A stretch of 63,368 nucleotides of DNA, the filler included, from Octopus bimaculoides (lineage: Eukaryota): NCBI RefSeq assembly GCF_001194135.2. It is 7 parts of 7 records of this genome, joined end to end, with 100 filler letters (N's around TTAATTAATTAA, not from the genome) between each part and the next. Parts side by side here need not be neighbours in the genome. Positions count along the whole stretch, not along the records: positions 15,572 to 44,292 come from NC_068987.1; positions 44,393 to 48,629 come from NW_026395499.1; positions 48,730 to 53,566 come from NC_068990.1; 4 more parts are not named here. One strand, given 5' to 3'. Below the pieces are notes generated by a model. That model was not told the origin of the DNA. It did not search any database and saw only the letters and a list, made by a program, of their open reading frames with translations. A program made the translations under genes and the position numbers. Below, in pieces: positions 39,523 to 53,134 of this stretch; positions within the stretch are counted from its first letter, which is position 1; every line of letters starts with the position of its first letter.

Positions 39523-39890
39523 CTTGTGACTATGTGGTTAGAAGTTTGCTTCCCAACCATTTGGTTCCAGGTTCAATCCTGCTGCATGCATCTTGGGCAA
39601 GTGTCTTCTATATCCTCAGGCCAAAGCAAAGCCTTGAGAGTGAATTTGGTAGGTGGAAACTGAGAGAAGCCTCTGTGTGTATAGATATGTGTGGGTGTCT
39701 GTGTTTGTCCCTATCACCACCACTTGACAACCAGCATTGATATATTTATGACCCTGTAACTTAGTGGTTCAGTAAAAAAGACCAATAGAATAAATACTAG
39801 GGTCAATTCATTCAGCTAAAACTTCTTTAAGGTGGTGTTCTAGCCTTGCCACAGTCTAATGACTGAAAGAAATAAAAGATATAAGGCAAG
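39523..39890 (+). mobile_element. Degenerate SINE (family of 62677)
   Basis: tgtggttagaagtttgcttcccaacc...cttgggcaagtgtcttc...gagtgaatttggtag...aatgactgaaaga. Confidence 0.8.
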
Positions 39891-39929
39891 CAAAATAAAC
39901 ATCTGGATTAATATGGATCTATTTCATAT

Positions 39930-40811
39930 TTCTTGTAGAAAGAAGCCTTTAGGTATAATGGAGAGGTATAGTACTCTCCATTGATGGTATGACTGTTCTG
40001 AAGACAGTAAATACAGTGCCCTTTGCATACTGAGAAACTGAAGCCATTGCTTTCTCTGCTGATGAAATGAGCTTGGCCTTCTTTGGAGCAGGTGAAGAGA
40101 GATGTTACCACTGCATGGATTGACTCTTTATGTCTGGCTCAAAGTGATGAAACCAACATTTATCCTAGGTTAGGAAATGTTCAAGGAAACCACCTGAATT
40201 TGCCTGAAACAATGTCAGATTGTTTTGTGATGTGATCTGCCTGGTGTTGTTTTGATCAGAAGTCAGAAGATGGGGCAATCACTGAGCAGAAATGTTCATC
40301 ATGCCAAGTTCATTGTGTAGAATATTCTCAATTTTCTCACGGGATGCACTAATAGCATTGGCTATTTGATTTATAGTCAGTTGCCTGTCATCTATCACTA
40401 TGTAGTGAACACAATGTTTTCCTCAGTAGTGGCAGTTGGAGGACGTCCAGACTTTGGGTAATCTCCAAGACTCTTCTTTCTACTCCTAAATTCAGCTGCC
40501 CACTTTTGCACTGTTGATAAAGCTGGAGTATCATCCCTTAATGTAGCATTCATATCAGCATGAATGTTATTAGGGGCTAAACTGTTCTTCTGCAAGTACT
40601 TCTTGAAACCATGATGCCAAATTTTGTCCGTTTTTCATGAGAAGTTGCTACTAGTTACTTTTGAAGTCTTCTTTGAATAGTTAGATGTGAATTAAACTGG
40701 AAGGAAACAATGTAGTTTTTAATAAGAGTTGAAGTTAATGCATGCAAGATTTTGCAGTTCTGGCATCACTCCTTCATAGTGATCCTATGAACTTTTCAGC
40801 CCACAATCATA
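39930..40811 (-). mobile_element. Mariner transposon relic (N-terminal HTH to part of the catalytic domain)
   Basis: IHADMNATL..PALSTVQKWAAEF..SLGD.PKSGRP and YCLQNSHTINGEYY. TIR-like gtgggctgaaaagttcatagg at the 5' end. Confidence 0.85.
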
Positions 40812-42320
40812 ATTTATCGTGAGAAATGGAGCTATCCCTGCTAAAACTGAAATAAAATAAGCAGCTTTCTTAATTTTGCTTTGTTGTGCAAATCTATTTA
40901 ATTATATAAATTATAGAATTATCCAGAAATAGTTAGAAACCATTTGTTTTAAGATTGTATTATTTATTGAGATAAAAACATGTGAAATCAATTGTGATTC
41001 TGTGTTGTGTAGCACCTTGGACAAGTGTCTTTTACTAATCCCCAGGCTAACCAAAACCTTGTAAATAGATTTGGTAGGCAGAAACTGAACAAAAATTCCA
41101 TTGTGTGCATGTGAATGTCAACATCTGCCACTCTCTTATGTGAAACTTTCAACAATGCAAGATGCTCTATTGACATTTCTCCTGTCAATAGATCAACCTC
41201 TCACTTCATGCTTTTAAAGCCTTGTGGAGTATGAGATCTCTTATGTGAAAAACAGGAAAGAGTTTACATCAGGAAGAACATCCAGCTGTAAAACAATGCC
41301 CCATTTAGTGTCAAATACTTCAAGTTTGTTTTACTTCCATTTCTCCATGTACTGTGGAACTTCAGTTTACAAACACCTCTCATCACAAACCTATCAGTTT
41401 GCGAACAATTTTTCGAACATAAAATGTCTTGGGTGGCAAACAGTGTCTTGAGTAATGAATATGTAAACCAGCAACAACAGTTGGCAACAAGCTGAAAGTA
41501 TCAACAAGAGAGCCTCAGTTGCTGTCTAGCTTCCACTAAGTGCACGTCCCTGCTCAAATTTGCTGTGCTTTATCTTGAATTTCCTATGGGGAAAATAGTT
41601 TCAGTTTACAAACATTTTGGTTGATGAACAGCCTTTAAGAATGAATTAAATTTTTAAATAGAGGTTCCACTGTATTAAACAAATATAAGTAAAAATTTGG
41701 TGGCTAGGATCGACATTGTTTCCTATCCTTTGAGTTGATAAAAAAAGAAAAAAACATTCATTCAGGCCAGTTAATTGGAAGAAGTGTCAGAATATCAGAT
41801 TTAATTTTCTTACAGTATTCTGATTCTTTGCGTTCTGATTTCAAATTCCCACCTTGGCTGACTTGTATGGTACACTTAGTCCATTTCCAAGTTTAACATC
41901 ACCATCTGGAGGCTGTTAGTGGAGTTCCCTTTACTGCAAGCATTTAGGCTTGGTGTCCAGTTTCAGGGTAGCCATTTTCTCCCTCCTGCCTGTCTTGGAG
42001 ACCCCGTAAAGGATATTCGTTGATTTTTATTCGTTTAGCCTTCAGAGAAAAAAATGGCTGGCATCTGTAAACTTTGTTGAAACCATTTTGTCATAGCTAA
42101 ATCATCCTCCCACTTTTAATGAAGAGGAGGACATATTGGATAATATTGTCAAAAACCCACTCTATCTTAAAAAAAAAGAAAAAAAATGTTGGTGTCTAGA
42201 ATGTTTTTTGATCATAAATCAACTAAGAACTGACCTGAACTTAAGCAGTAACAACAAGGTGAAGCCATTGTCCTTTGTAGGTGTCCATAACTAATTTAAA
42301 TGTTTCTAACTTCCATTTAG

Positions 42321-42359
42321 GTGCGACAATGTTGCCAGAGGCTAGAAAAGCCTATCCCA
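42321..42359 (+). CDS. KIF21: KIF21-like kinesin, probable 39-nt exon (ATMLPEARKAYP)
   Basis: Branch-like ctaac plus ttccatttAG, donor GTgagt. Phase 1-1 reading resembles KIF21A PSPVTRRKAYE. Requires an unseen intervening exon. Confidence 0.5.
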
Positions 42360-44869
42360 GTGAGTCATCTTTTCTGCTATTGTCGCTACTCAGGGTCCAC
42401 TAAATGAGAATATTTGCATTGTTAGTCATTTAGATATCCTAGTCTTAGATATGTCCAATAACGGATTAGAAATATATCTAACAGATTTTTTTTTTTCAAG
42501 ATCATGCTTTGAAGTAATTACACTGTGTAACACAATTTTTGCCCTTGGTTAGCTATTGTTATATCCTTTTTGCTTTACCCCTAGAAAGTATGAAAAATAG
42601 CTGTTTCCTTCAAACTTTGCTTTTGTTACAATATAAGCTTTGTAGGCCTCCCACATTTTGGCAGATGTTGCCAGAGGGTACTTTTAGATAGAATCAAATA
42701 GGAAATAACACTTACTGACCAAAGACAAAAAAAATTGAAAAAATAAATATTTTGTTACACAGTATTATTAATTTGCAATGAAGTCATTTAGAATTGAAAA
42801 TGTTTATCTTTTCAAACTTCATCTATTTATGATCAAATGAACTAATACATTTTTCTTAGTTATCTTTAACCAATAGAATCATCCTGATAAAATATACTAT
42901 AAATATATATTTCATCTTTTCTAACTGTTTCTTAATCTTGTCTATCTTTGCTCAGTAGTATTATTTGATTTTATGTCTTTGACTCTATCTTGATATGTTA
43001 TATTAAGCCATTTCATAGTGTTTTCTCTATGTGTACAATCCTGTTATTTCAATATGCTGTTGCTTGCCTCATCACCAGTTTTGCTAACGAAAAGTGGCCC
43101 ACCGGCCCCATGCTTTCATTGCCCCTACAGCTATATCTCTTATGAGGAAACTGGCAATATATTTCATTTAATATCCAATATGATCAAGGTTTTAGAATGA
43201 TCCAGTAAAATATCTTTGTATACTGATATTTTTATTATGTCATTATTACAGCTTTGTAAATGACTGAAGCCAATGTATGAACAAACGTAGCAAATGTGAA
43301 GATCATGATACTGCTTGAGTAGTATGGGGTCCTCTTCCTCTTTAATCCACTTTCTATTACTTGATTATGTTAACAGATTAAGCATGTTGAATTATGATAT
43401 AATTTAACTTATCTTAATCCATTAACTTAATCTAGACATTCAAGTGGTTATACCCTCAGTAATTCTTTTACTTAGAAGCACACTTTAATCTGAAAGTAAC
43501 TTTTGTGCAACAGGTTCCCAATAAGAGACTTGAAGAAGTTAGCAGCCAAATCTCTTGAATCACATGCCACTATCTCAAAAATGGAATGACACCCTTTGGA
43601 TATCTATTCATAGAATAAATTGTAAACAAAAATAAGTAAAAAGGTATGAATGGATATGACTTGATGACTTTAATCATTGTGCTGATCTGGGGTTAAATAA
43701 CAATTTAAGATAGATCATAAGTTCTTCTTAATCAGGACTAACCTGAGTCTAACTGCCACAACAGACATGTATTTTTATAACAAACCTTTAATGTTAGTTG
43801 TGAAGTGTGTGATTGATTAACTGGATGTGTTGGTTACAAGGAGAGAGGTTTACACTGGTACTACTGAAAACTTTATAGCTCATTATATTTCAGCTACCTT
43901 ACCTGAAAATAAGGCAGTTTGTAGATTTCACAGTAAAGAAATATAGAGATGTAAATCAACAGAAGCAAATTTTTCATCTCTGACTTGTAATTTAATTGGA
44001 CAGTTTTTTTGTTTTTTTTTTCCTTTCTTTCTTTGCTAACAAATTTTGATCTGCAAAAGAAAATTATCTGAAAATTCGATAATGTTTTACTGAGTGAATT
44101 AAGTTGTCAAAAGTTAGTAAAAATTGTATTAGGTTCTAATGTTATGTGTAGAGTTCAATATCTTATTCATAAAAATTCTCTTCCTAGTAAAACCTTTCAG
44201 TTCCTGTTAAGTTGCTAAATAAAAACTATAATTTTTTTCTTTATCATATTTTAATATTTGCTCATAAACTTTTTTTAGTATGCTAGCCATCANNNNNNNN
44301 NNNNNNNNNNNNNNNNNNNNNNNNNNNNNNNNNNNNTTAATTAATTAANNNNNNNNNNNNNNNNNNNNNNNNNNNNNNNNNNNNNNNNNNNNTATAGTGT
44401 GTGTGTGTGCGTGTGTGTGCGCGCTTGAGTATGGGTGTGTGCATGTGCACGCGTGTGTGTGTGCGTGTACATATGTATTACATATATGCACATAATACCT
44501 ATATCTATATGAGTAAATATATATGTTTGTATACATATATGTACGTATAAATATCTATGCATATATGCATTTATATATATATTCGGTTTATATGTGTATT
44601 AGTAAACATACATAGATACAGAATCATACACAAACACACACACACATATATATACATACACACACATTTACGTGTACATACATACATACATTGATTGATA
44701 TGACTTGTTCACACCTATTTACATACATAGATATGTCTCTGTGCGTGCGCATACATACATGTTTGCGGCTCTGTATACACATATAATGAGTGTGTGTGTA
44801 TATATATATATATNNNNNNNNNNCATCAGCTGTCTCTATTCTAACCTGACGTTTCGAAGATATATATAT

Positions 44870-45115
44870 ATATTATCTCCCCTTCTTCCTAGCTCTCCCG
44901 TCTGACCACCTTTGTCCGGCCATCGCCATGATCGACCGCTAGCCACTAAAGCTTTTTTAATTCTCTCCCTGTTCATTTTCTCATGTTCCTTTCTGATGAA
45001 GAGCGTAGGTTCGAAACGTAAAAGACTTTCTCACCTTCCCGACCGTTAAACTAATACACCTGTTTGTTGTTTACACACCTGTCTTCGTCTTTTGTTTTTT
45101 TTTGTAAATTCCAAC
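44870..45115 (+). mobile_element. PLE pLTR-like repeat carrying a hammerhead (family also at 58630-58865 and 55370-55520 minus)
   Basis: About 240 nt closely similar to 58630-58865, which follows a PLE RT remnant. Confidence 0.8.
44989..45024 (+). ncRNA. Minimal type I hammerhead ribozyme motif (canonical core)
   Basis: CUUU-CUGAUGA-A-GAGC(GUAG)GUUC-GAA-ACGU-A^AAAG. 4-bp stem I, 4-bp stem II, palindromic ACGU stem III. Confidence 0.75.
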
Positions 45116-45268
45116 TATATATATATGTGTGTGTGTGTGTGTGTACATACATATACACACATACATACACACATAAACACATAGATATGCATTATTTTAA
45201 TCTGTTACCCGTGCCGAGGCACCAGCTTCGAGTATAGAGTCAAATTCATCAACCCCTATATGCACATA

Positions 45269-45312
<44 letters not shown>

Positions 45313-47002
45313 NNNNNNNNNNNNNNNNNNNNNNNNNNNNNNNNNNNNNNNNNNNNNNNNNNNNNNNNNNNNNNNNNNNNNNNNNNNNNNNNNNNNNNNN
45401 NNNNNNNNNNNNNNNNNNNNNNNNNNNNNNNNNNNNNNNNNNNNNNNNNNNNNNNNNNNNNNNNNNNNNNNNNNNNNNNNNNNNNNNNNNNNNNNNNNNN
45501 NNNNNNNNNNNNNNNNNNNNNNNNNNNNNNNNNNNNNNNNNNNNNNNNNNNNNNNNNNNNNNNNNNNNNNNNNNNNNNNNNNNNNNNNNNNNNNNNNNNN
45601 NNNNNNNNNNNNNNNNNNNNNNNNNNNNNNNNNNNNNNNNNNNNNNNNNNNNNNNNNNNNNNNNNNNNNNNNNNNNNNNNNNNNNNNNNNNNNNNNNNNN
45701 NNNNNNNNNNNNNNNNNNNNNNNNNNNNNNNNNNNNNNNNNNNNNNNNNNNNNNNNNNNNNNNNNNNNNNNNNNNNNNNNNNNNNNNNNNNNNNNNNNNN
45801 NNNNNNNNNNNNNNNNNNNNNNNNNNNNNNNNNNNNNNNNNNNNNNNNNNNNNNNNNNNNNNNNNNNNNNNNNNNNNNNNNNNNNNNNNNNNNNNNNNNN
45901 NNNNNNNNNNNNNNNNNNNNNNNNNNNNNNNNNNNNNNNNNNNNNNNNNNNNNNNNNNNNNNNNNNNNNNNNNNNNNNNNNNNNNNNNNNNNNNNNNNNN
46001 NNNNNNNNNNNNNNNNNNNNNNNNNNNNNNNNNNNNNNNNNNNNNNNNNNNNNNNNNNNNNNNNNNNNNNNNNNNNNNNNNNNATATATATATACGCATA
46101 TATATTTATATATGTATAATCAATTCAATATTTGGATAAAAATCTTTTACAAGAATTTTAGCAAGTAGCTAGTGTGAAAAAACTCATAAGGGAAAAATCC
46201 ATCATTATCCCTAGAATATATTTATTTATATTTATATAAGGGCATTACTATAGAATAATGCCTCACACTAAGCTACCATAATAAACACATTTTTACCGAA
46301 CGCGAGGAAAATGCAACTCTCAAAAATTGGCCTCTTAAAAACATATATATATATATGGTTTTTCTAATATCTGTTGTCAAGAGGAAACAAAAAACATTTA
46401 GAGAATATATTTCATTATAAAATATTTACGCTCAGTAAATATGTCCTGAAAGTCTCTTTTTTTAGTGTTAGTACACACCGATTCTAAATGTTATCCAAAA
46501 ACTATCTACCAATCGAAAACATTGATTTTCAAATATAAAATAAGGTACATAATAGATACGTCTTGAAATAAAAATATTAATGTGATACCAGTTATTGTTA
46601 TCTAATGATTTAATTTAGTTTTTAATCGAGGGGCAAACCACACCGAAGTACCACATTGATGTACATACATATGGATTTCATATTTATTATTGAATAATTT
46701 TTTATATTTATTTCAAACTATTAAACGTATGTATTACCAAAAGATTCAATCATACATATATATTATTGAATCCTAGCATTTTTTATTATATTTCTTCAGA
46801 ATAATGAGAGAGTGAGCCAGGTCCTCAACCTTGTTGATTGTGTCACAGAACATAAATTGATGAATACATACAGAATAATAACGAAAATGAAAACGTCTAC
46901 ATGTGCACTTATATTTAACACGAATTATTAACAATTAATGAAAATTAGGCCACTAAAGTTATAATTACAGTATTCTTTAAAAGATGAAAGTAAAATACAT
47001 AG

Positions 47003-47259
47003 AGGCGCAGGAGTGGCTGTAAGGGGCAGGAGTGGCTGTAAGGCGCAGGAGTGGCTGTAAGGCGCAGGAGTGGCTTTAAGGCGCAGGAGTGGCTGTAAGG
47101 CGCAGGAATGTCTGTGTGATAAGTAGCTTGCTTACCAACCACATGGTCCCGGGTTCAGTCCCACTGCGTGGCATCTTGGGCAAGTGTCTTCTAGTATAGC
47201 CTCGGGCCGACTAAATCCTTGTGAGTGGATTTGGTAGACGGAAACTGAAAGAAGACCGT

Positions 47260-47319
<60 letters not shown>

Positions 47320-47535
47320 TATGTGTGTGTATGTTTGTGTGGTCTGTGTTTGTGCCCCCAACATCGCTTGACAACCGATGCTGGTGTGTTTGCGTCCCCG
47401 TAACTTAGCGGTTCGGCAAAAGAGAACGATAGAAGTACTAGGCTTACAAAGAATAAGTTCTATGGTCGATCTGCTCGACTAAAGGCGGTGCTCCACTATG
47501 GCCGCAGTCAAATGACTAAAACAATAAGAGAATAA
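47003..47535 (+). mobile_element. tRNA-derived SINE with a tandemly amplified 19-nt head and an internal (TA)n
   Basis: Five aggcgcaggagtggctgta units at 47003-47097, followed by a body nearly identical to 62677-63088. Confidence 0.92.
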
Positions 47536-48729
47536 ATGGATTTGTGGTGTATGTTAAAGTTGTAATTATTTTTTGTAAAAATATAGAAAACAAAAACGCA
47601 TAGGCAAAATTATTAATGAAATTAACTTGCAGTAATTAACTTGAATTAATTTCACCACCATCCCTAAACTTGATATTTAAATTTTAATTCTTTTGGATCA
47701 ATAATTAAATATTTATTCTTTTATTCGTTATGTTTTATAGTGTGAATACTGCTACAAGGGTTTAGATCTTCCGATAAATATTTTATGAGAAGTAAATATA
47801 TATAAATGCGGATTTGTTTAGTTCTCCTCTGGGGTTTGAAGGTACGACTGGATGTGTGGCTGAAAGGTTCACAAGAATCTCGTTATTCTCGGTTCGATTA
47901 TGGGTGTCTCCTACCACAACTGCACATCGACCTAAGCTTTGAGTGAAAATGAGTATACGAAAAATATAAACTGAGAAAAATCAGTTTCATGTAATAGTTT
48001 TTGATTTGGACACAAATTTTTGAGGAGAAGGGTTTAATAGACACTATCGATCTTAGTACTTGATTAGTACTTTATTTTATCGACCCGAATTGCTAAAATG
48101 CAATGGTGACCTCGTCAGTATTTGAAAACAACGAAAACAAACGGAATCACTCAACCATAATCCTTTCTGCTATAGGCACAAGACCTGAAACTTTGAGGTA
48201 GGCATGTATATACATACATGGATGTATGTACATACATACATGCATGGATAGATAGAGATCAGTTTCACACTGTAAAAGTAATTTAATCAAGAAAAAATAG
48301 AGTTATTCATGGTCTTTGAGAAGACTTCGGAAGAAGTGAGGAAGGTTTTTCCGGAAAAAAATATCGAACCCGAATGCTAGTAACAGAATCGATTTTACAC
48401 TAGGCACCGACGGTATCGTGTAGTAGTGTCGTTAAAAAGAGTGACAGATGTAGTTTACTATTGGAATTATTAAAGTGCGGAGTCGTTTTTAAAGTAGCAT
48501 GATTGGCGGAAAATATTGTTAAACCGCAGAGCTATGACAATTTACTTTTGTGAATACGACTTATTTCTATTGTGTTGCTTCTCTGTAGATTATTCATATA
48601 TATGCACATACATACACATAGATATATATNNNNNNNNNNNNNNNNNNNNNNNNNNNNNNNNNNNNNNNNNNNNTTAATTAATTAANNNNNNNNNNNNNNN
48701 NNNNNNNNNNNNNNNNNNNNNNNNNNNNN

Positions 48730-48786
<57 letters not shown>

Positions 48787-48799
48787 TTTTATCATGCCT

Positions 48800-50190
48800 T
48801 AGAAATTAGTGAAAAGATTATAATTTCATTGTATTATGAGATTGTATTCCATGTTAGTAACAGGGAAGTCGTTTTGTAAATGAATTAGTGGGTAAATAAA
48901 TCGAAGGGTAGGTAATATGTGATTGCTATTAGAAGCAGGGGAGGTAATTCGTCTTGATGGAGAGGTTATAAATTCATGAAGTAAAATATTTACTAAGTTG
49001 GTTATGTGTACATGAATTAACATATTTACAAAGTCCAAAATTGGTTAAGGTGATCATATTCAGGCATGATTCGCAGTTTTCAATTAATAGGTTCTCTTTA
49101 TTTAGCTGTTGCTTTACAGATGTTGTTTAATTGCATTGCAAAGTGAGGGAAACAGTGAAGTTTGGTTGGAGATTTTCCACACATCTCTCAATGAGTTCGC
49201 TTAATGGTATTTTCTACACCTTGGGAAACGGATCTGTTCCTTATGAAGACTTGTTCTCCGTCTGAGAGACATTCTGACCAAGTTACCACATAAATTAAAT
49301 TTTCGGATGCACAGGTAAAATCAGTCATAACTATGAATCTCTTTCTTCCGATAGGTTGAGACAAGTTCCACAGCTTCGACCCCCCCTCCTACATCTTTCA
49401 ACACTTGGTTCTGTTGTTGTTGGGTATAATATCAGTATTCTTTTAAGTGATTCTTTTTGCCTCCGATGAATATGTGTTTGTAAAATGTGGTTCATCTTAG
49501 TGTCCTTAGTAAGCGTAAGAAAATTTTGAATAACAGTGCCATTTGTTTCTAGGGTTGTGTGTAGAAACATAGGGTAATGTTTTCAAATGGAGTGTATAAT
49601 TTCGTTTTGTTACCCTCCATGTGTGGATAACGATTTTCGTCGTACGTTTCAGTTTCAATTTGATTATTGACTATTTTTTAAAAATATCAAAGGATAGAAG
49701 TTGCTCTTTGCTGTAGGCTATTGCAAATTTAATGTTTGGATTTATACCATTGAGCCACGACTTAAATTCGGAAAGATTATCAATTTTCCCATTCCAAAGG
49801 ACAAAGCAGTCATCTGGATATTTTGCCAGTTCTCTCTTATATATTTGGTAAAACGAGTATCCATATTTTTGTAATGATACTTGATATATAGTTAATTCTA
49901 TATATTCCATCTTTAGGTTCGCAAGAACTGGGGCTGCTCATGTTTCCATCACAGTTCCACATTTTTGTTGGTTGTAACTGGGATCAAATAAGAAGTAATT
50001 GTTCTGCAGGATAAATTTTAAATCTTCATTTATAAATTTATGGTTGATTCTCTCTGGCACATCTGGATATTTTTCCAGTCAGAAATTCATTGCTTCAATA
50101 ATATAATTGTGTGGCATATTAGTGTAAAGGTCCACAACATCCAAGGAAACATGACAGTGTTTTCATTGATTGTTTTTCATAGGTGCTTTA
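48800..50190 (-). mobile_element. Penelope-like retroelement pseudogene (RT plus GIY-YIG), same family as 15763
   Basis: LDVVDLYTNMPH, LKFILQNNYFLF, KYPDDCFVLW, CRRGGRSCGTC, TCASENLIYVVT, LHKEQIR. Many stops and frameshifts. Confidence 0.88.
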
Positions 50191-50769
50191 GCATATCTAG
50201 ATCATTTCATGTGTGTGTGTGTATGTGCGTGTGCATGTCTATGTGTATGTGCGTGTGTGCGCTTGTGTATGCTTGTGCTTGTGTTGTATTTGTCTGTGAA
50301 GGTTTATTTCAGTACATACCTAGCTCACAGTTATATGATGCATTCACTGTGATTAGGTGCGTTAATTAGGCTTTTCAGAAGATTTATAATGCTGAGACCA
50401 AAATTGTTTCGTGCCACGCACAGATTAGAAATAACTCGGGAATTATTTCTACATTTTCATCAATCATATTTCTTATGATTCTATTGAAATATATTTCAAA
50501 CCTCGTATTGCTTTCTTTCCATATAATTATACATTTAGGCAATGTTCATTCTGCTAAGGCTTACCAAATTTTGCTTCTTTTCTAATAATCATCCTATATA
50601 GCCATGTAAATCCAGAGTAAAGTTGAATAAGGAAGGAATTGATAACATTCATTCAAATCATATAAACATATTCATAAATATTTGGATTATAAACAAAAGT
50701 ATAGAGAGAATAACATCCGCTATACCATACATTCTTATGCAATGTAGAAATACGAATAAAACAACACAC

Positions 50770-50819
<50 letters not shown>

Positions 50820-51796
50820 TCATAATGTTACAAAAACATATTTAGCTTACACACATGCACACATACACACGCATAGTTATAGTTGCTATGATCATACCTT
50901 TATAACTTCTTGTGTTTACATAAGCTATATAAGTATTTGTTTTTGAACAGAGGCGAATGTGTGGTTATATGCGCCTAACCGTTTGTGTAAATACGTAGCA
51001 GATTTTTTTTTATTTCTTTTTTCATGTGTCCAAAACGTCATCAGAAGAATAACGATAACTGAAAACATTTTGTCAAATCTATAAATACTTATATGAAAGG
51101 AATTTGTAGTATAACTCTTTTAAAATGAAATCTTTCATGAATACACGTTCTACCGAAGCCAATTCTATCAAGTTTATCGATGCCAAAAAACAAAAAAAAA
51201 CAAAAAATCAAACAAAAATAGAACTGAATTAATAAAAGCGTAATACTATTTAACTACACTGGAGATAAATTTTCCGGGTTATAGGAAAGGAAGAAGCACG
51301 TTCATAACACTGTTTCTAAAGGTTTCAAACCTATAGATGTGTATTTTGTTATAAATGCGTTTAGATTGTATTTTGTATTTTATAAATGTAAATTGCAGGT
51401 ATTTTCCCTTTGTATTGATGTCCTTGTCACCATTCTAGTGGATGTCTCGCATTATATTGTTATGTCACTTTATCAGCTTTGGAGGTTAAAAGTCGTTCAC
51501 GTTCCACCTTTGAGATCTATGAAATAAAGTACCCGTAAGTTACTTCAAACAAATCGATTCTTCTCTCTTTTCTGACTATAACAAAAAAGTACTTATTACT
51601 TTAACTTTCTTTTAAATCGTCGTATTTTCCACCACAAAACCTACCGCAACTTTCAATGTTTTGCGTGTACGCAGTGTTTCGTTCTGATTTTATATCTTTC
51701 TAATATGTGTACAATGATTATAAGAGCGGTTTTTGTATGTTTGTGTGTTTAAGGTCTGGGATTTAGTAGTCATTTGGTGACATCTGCTTAAAACCA

Positions 51797-52062
51797 AACT
51801 GGTATTCCGTCGGTTACGACAGCCTGCTTATGAAATGAACGTGCAAGTGGCTGAGCACTGCACAAACACGCATACACTTAACATAGTTCTCAGAGAGATT
51901 CAGCGTGACATAGTATATGACAAGGTTGGCCTTTTGAATTACAGATATTACTAATTTTTGCCAGCTGAGTGGACTGGAGCAATGCCAATTAAGGTTTCTT
52001 ACTCAAGATCACAACTCACCGCGAACCGATTACCCTAACCACTAAGCCACGCGCCATCACTG
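51797..52062 (-). mobile_element. tRNA-derived SINE with internal deletions
   Basis: Homologous to 37391-37712. Head gtgatggcgcgtggcttagtggttagg. Confidence 0.8.
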
Positions 52063-52818
52063 TTTAAAATCATTCTCGATGTTATTGCAGTTATGGTTTT
52101 GTCCAATGTAAGAAAGTAAGTTATCGGTCTGTAGTTTTCAGGATAGCCATTTAATTAGTTTTGGAGATTAAAGGAGCCACCCCTTTAAGCCTTATTTTCT
52201 ATACTTTCCATACCTTACTAAATATTTCCACCAATATATTATGAGACCCTGCTATGCTTCCATGTATGCTGCAACTGCCATCACGACTGTTCATTTGCTA
52301 AGCTTTTTTAAATACGTAAAAAAGGAAAAGAAAAAGTAGCATACCAAACTAACAAAGTACCCGTTTGTATGACGAGTATCAGCAGTTATTTTGTCAAAAC
52401 AAGATGTCCAGCACTAACCCTAAACAGTTTCATCAGCTGAGGTCAAAATATTTAAAAAAAAAACATATATATATATATANNNNNNNNNNNNNNNNNNNNN
52501 NNNNNNNNNNNNNNNNNNNNNNNNNNNNNNNNNNNNNNNNNNNNNNNNNNNNNNNNNNNNNNNNNNNNNNNNNNNNNNNNNNNNNNNNNNNNNNNNNNNN
52601 NNNNNNNNNNNNNNNNNNNNNNNNNNNNNNNNNNNNNNNNNNNNNNNNNNNNNNNNNNNNNNNNNNNNNNNNNNNNNNNNNNNNNNNNNNNNNNNNNNNN
52701 NNNNNNNNNNNNNNNNNNNNNNNNNNNNNNNNNNNNNNNNNNNNNNNNNNNNNNNNNNNNNNNNNNNNNNNNNNNNNNNNNNNNNNNNNNNNNNNNNNNN
52801 NNNNNNNNNNNNNNNNNN

Positions 52819-52870
<52 letters not shown>

Positions 52871-53134
52871 CATGACAGAAGTAAATAGACACCCACATAA
52901 AACAGTCTTATGTTTAGCTTAAAAAGGTTTATATTTTTTATTAATTGGCATTTTTATGTTTCAGATTTTATATGTGACTGTGTAATCATGCCACGTACAA
53001 AAGAACCGTCCGAATTTTAAAGAGGCCGTATTAGAACTGTCCGAATTTCAAAGAGGCCGTACTGTGGGGCAGTCTCTGGGTGGAATATATGATATTAATT
53101 AACAAGAGATGGATTCAGTATTAGATCTTTATTG

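Noticed and set aside
43078-43200. Possible terminal KIF21 exon after 42359
   Set aside because: Two alternative acceptors give short peptides unlike KIF21, and nothing supports one over the other.
44824-44856. Minus-strand GAAACGUC ... CUGAUG resembling a permuted hammerhead
   Set aside because: The intervening sequence cannot form stem I, and the motif runs into a gap.
53002-53063. 31-nt direct repeat pair resembling a CRISPR repeat in length
   Set aside because: Only two abutting copies, no spacer, eukaryotic context and no cas genes.
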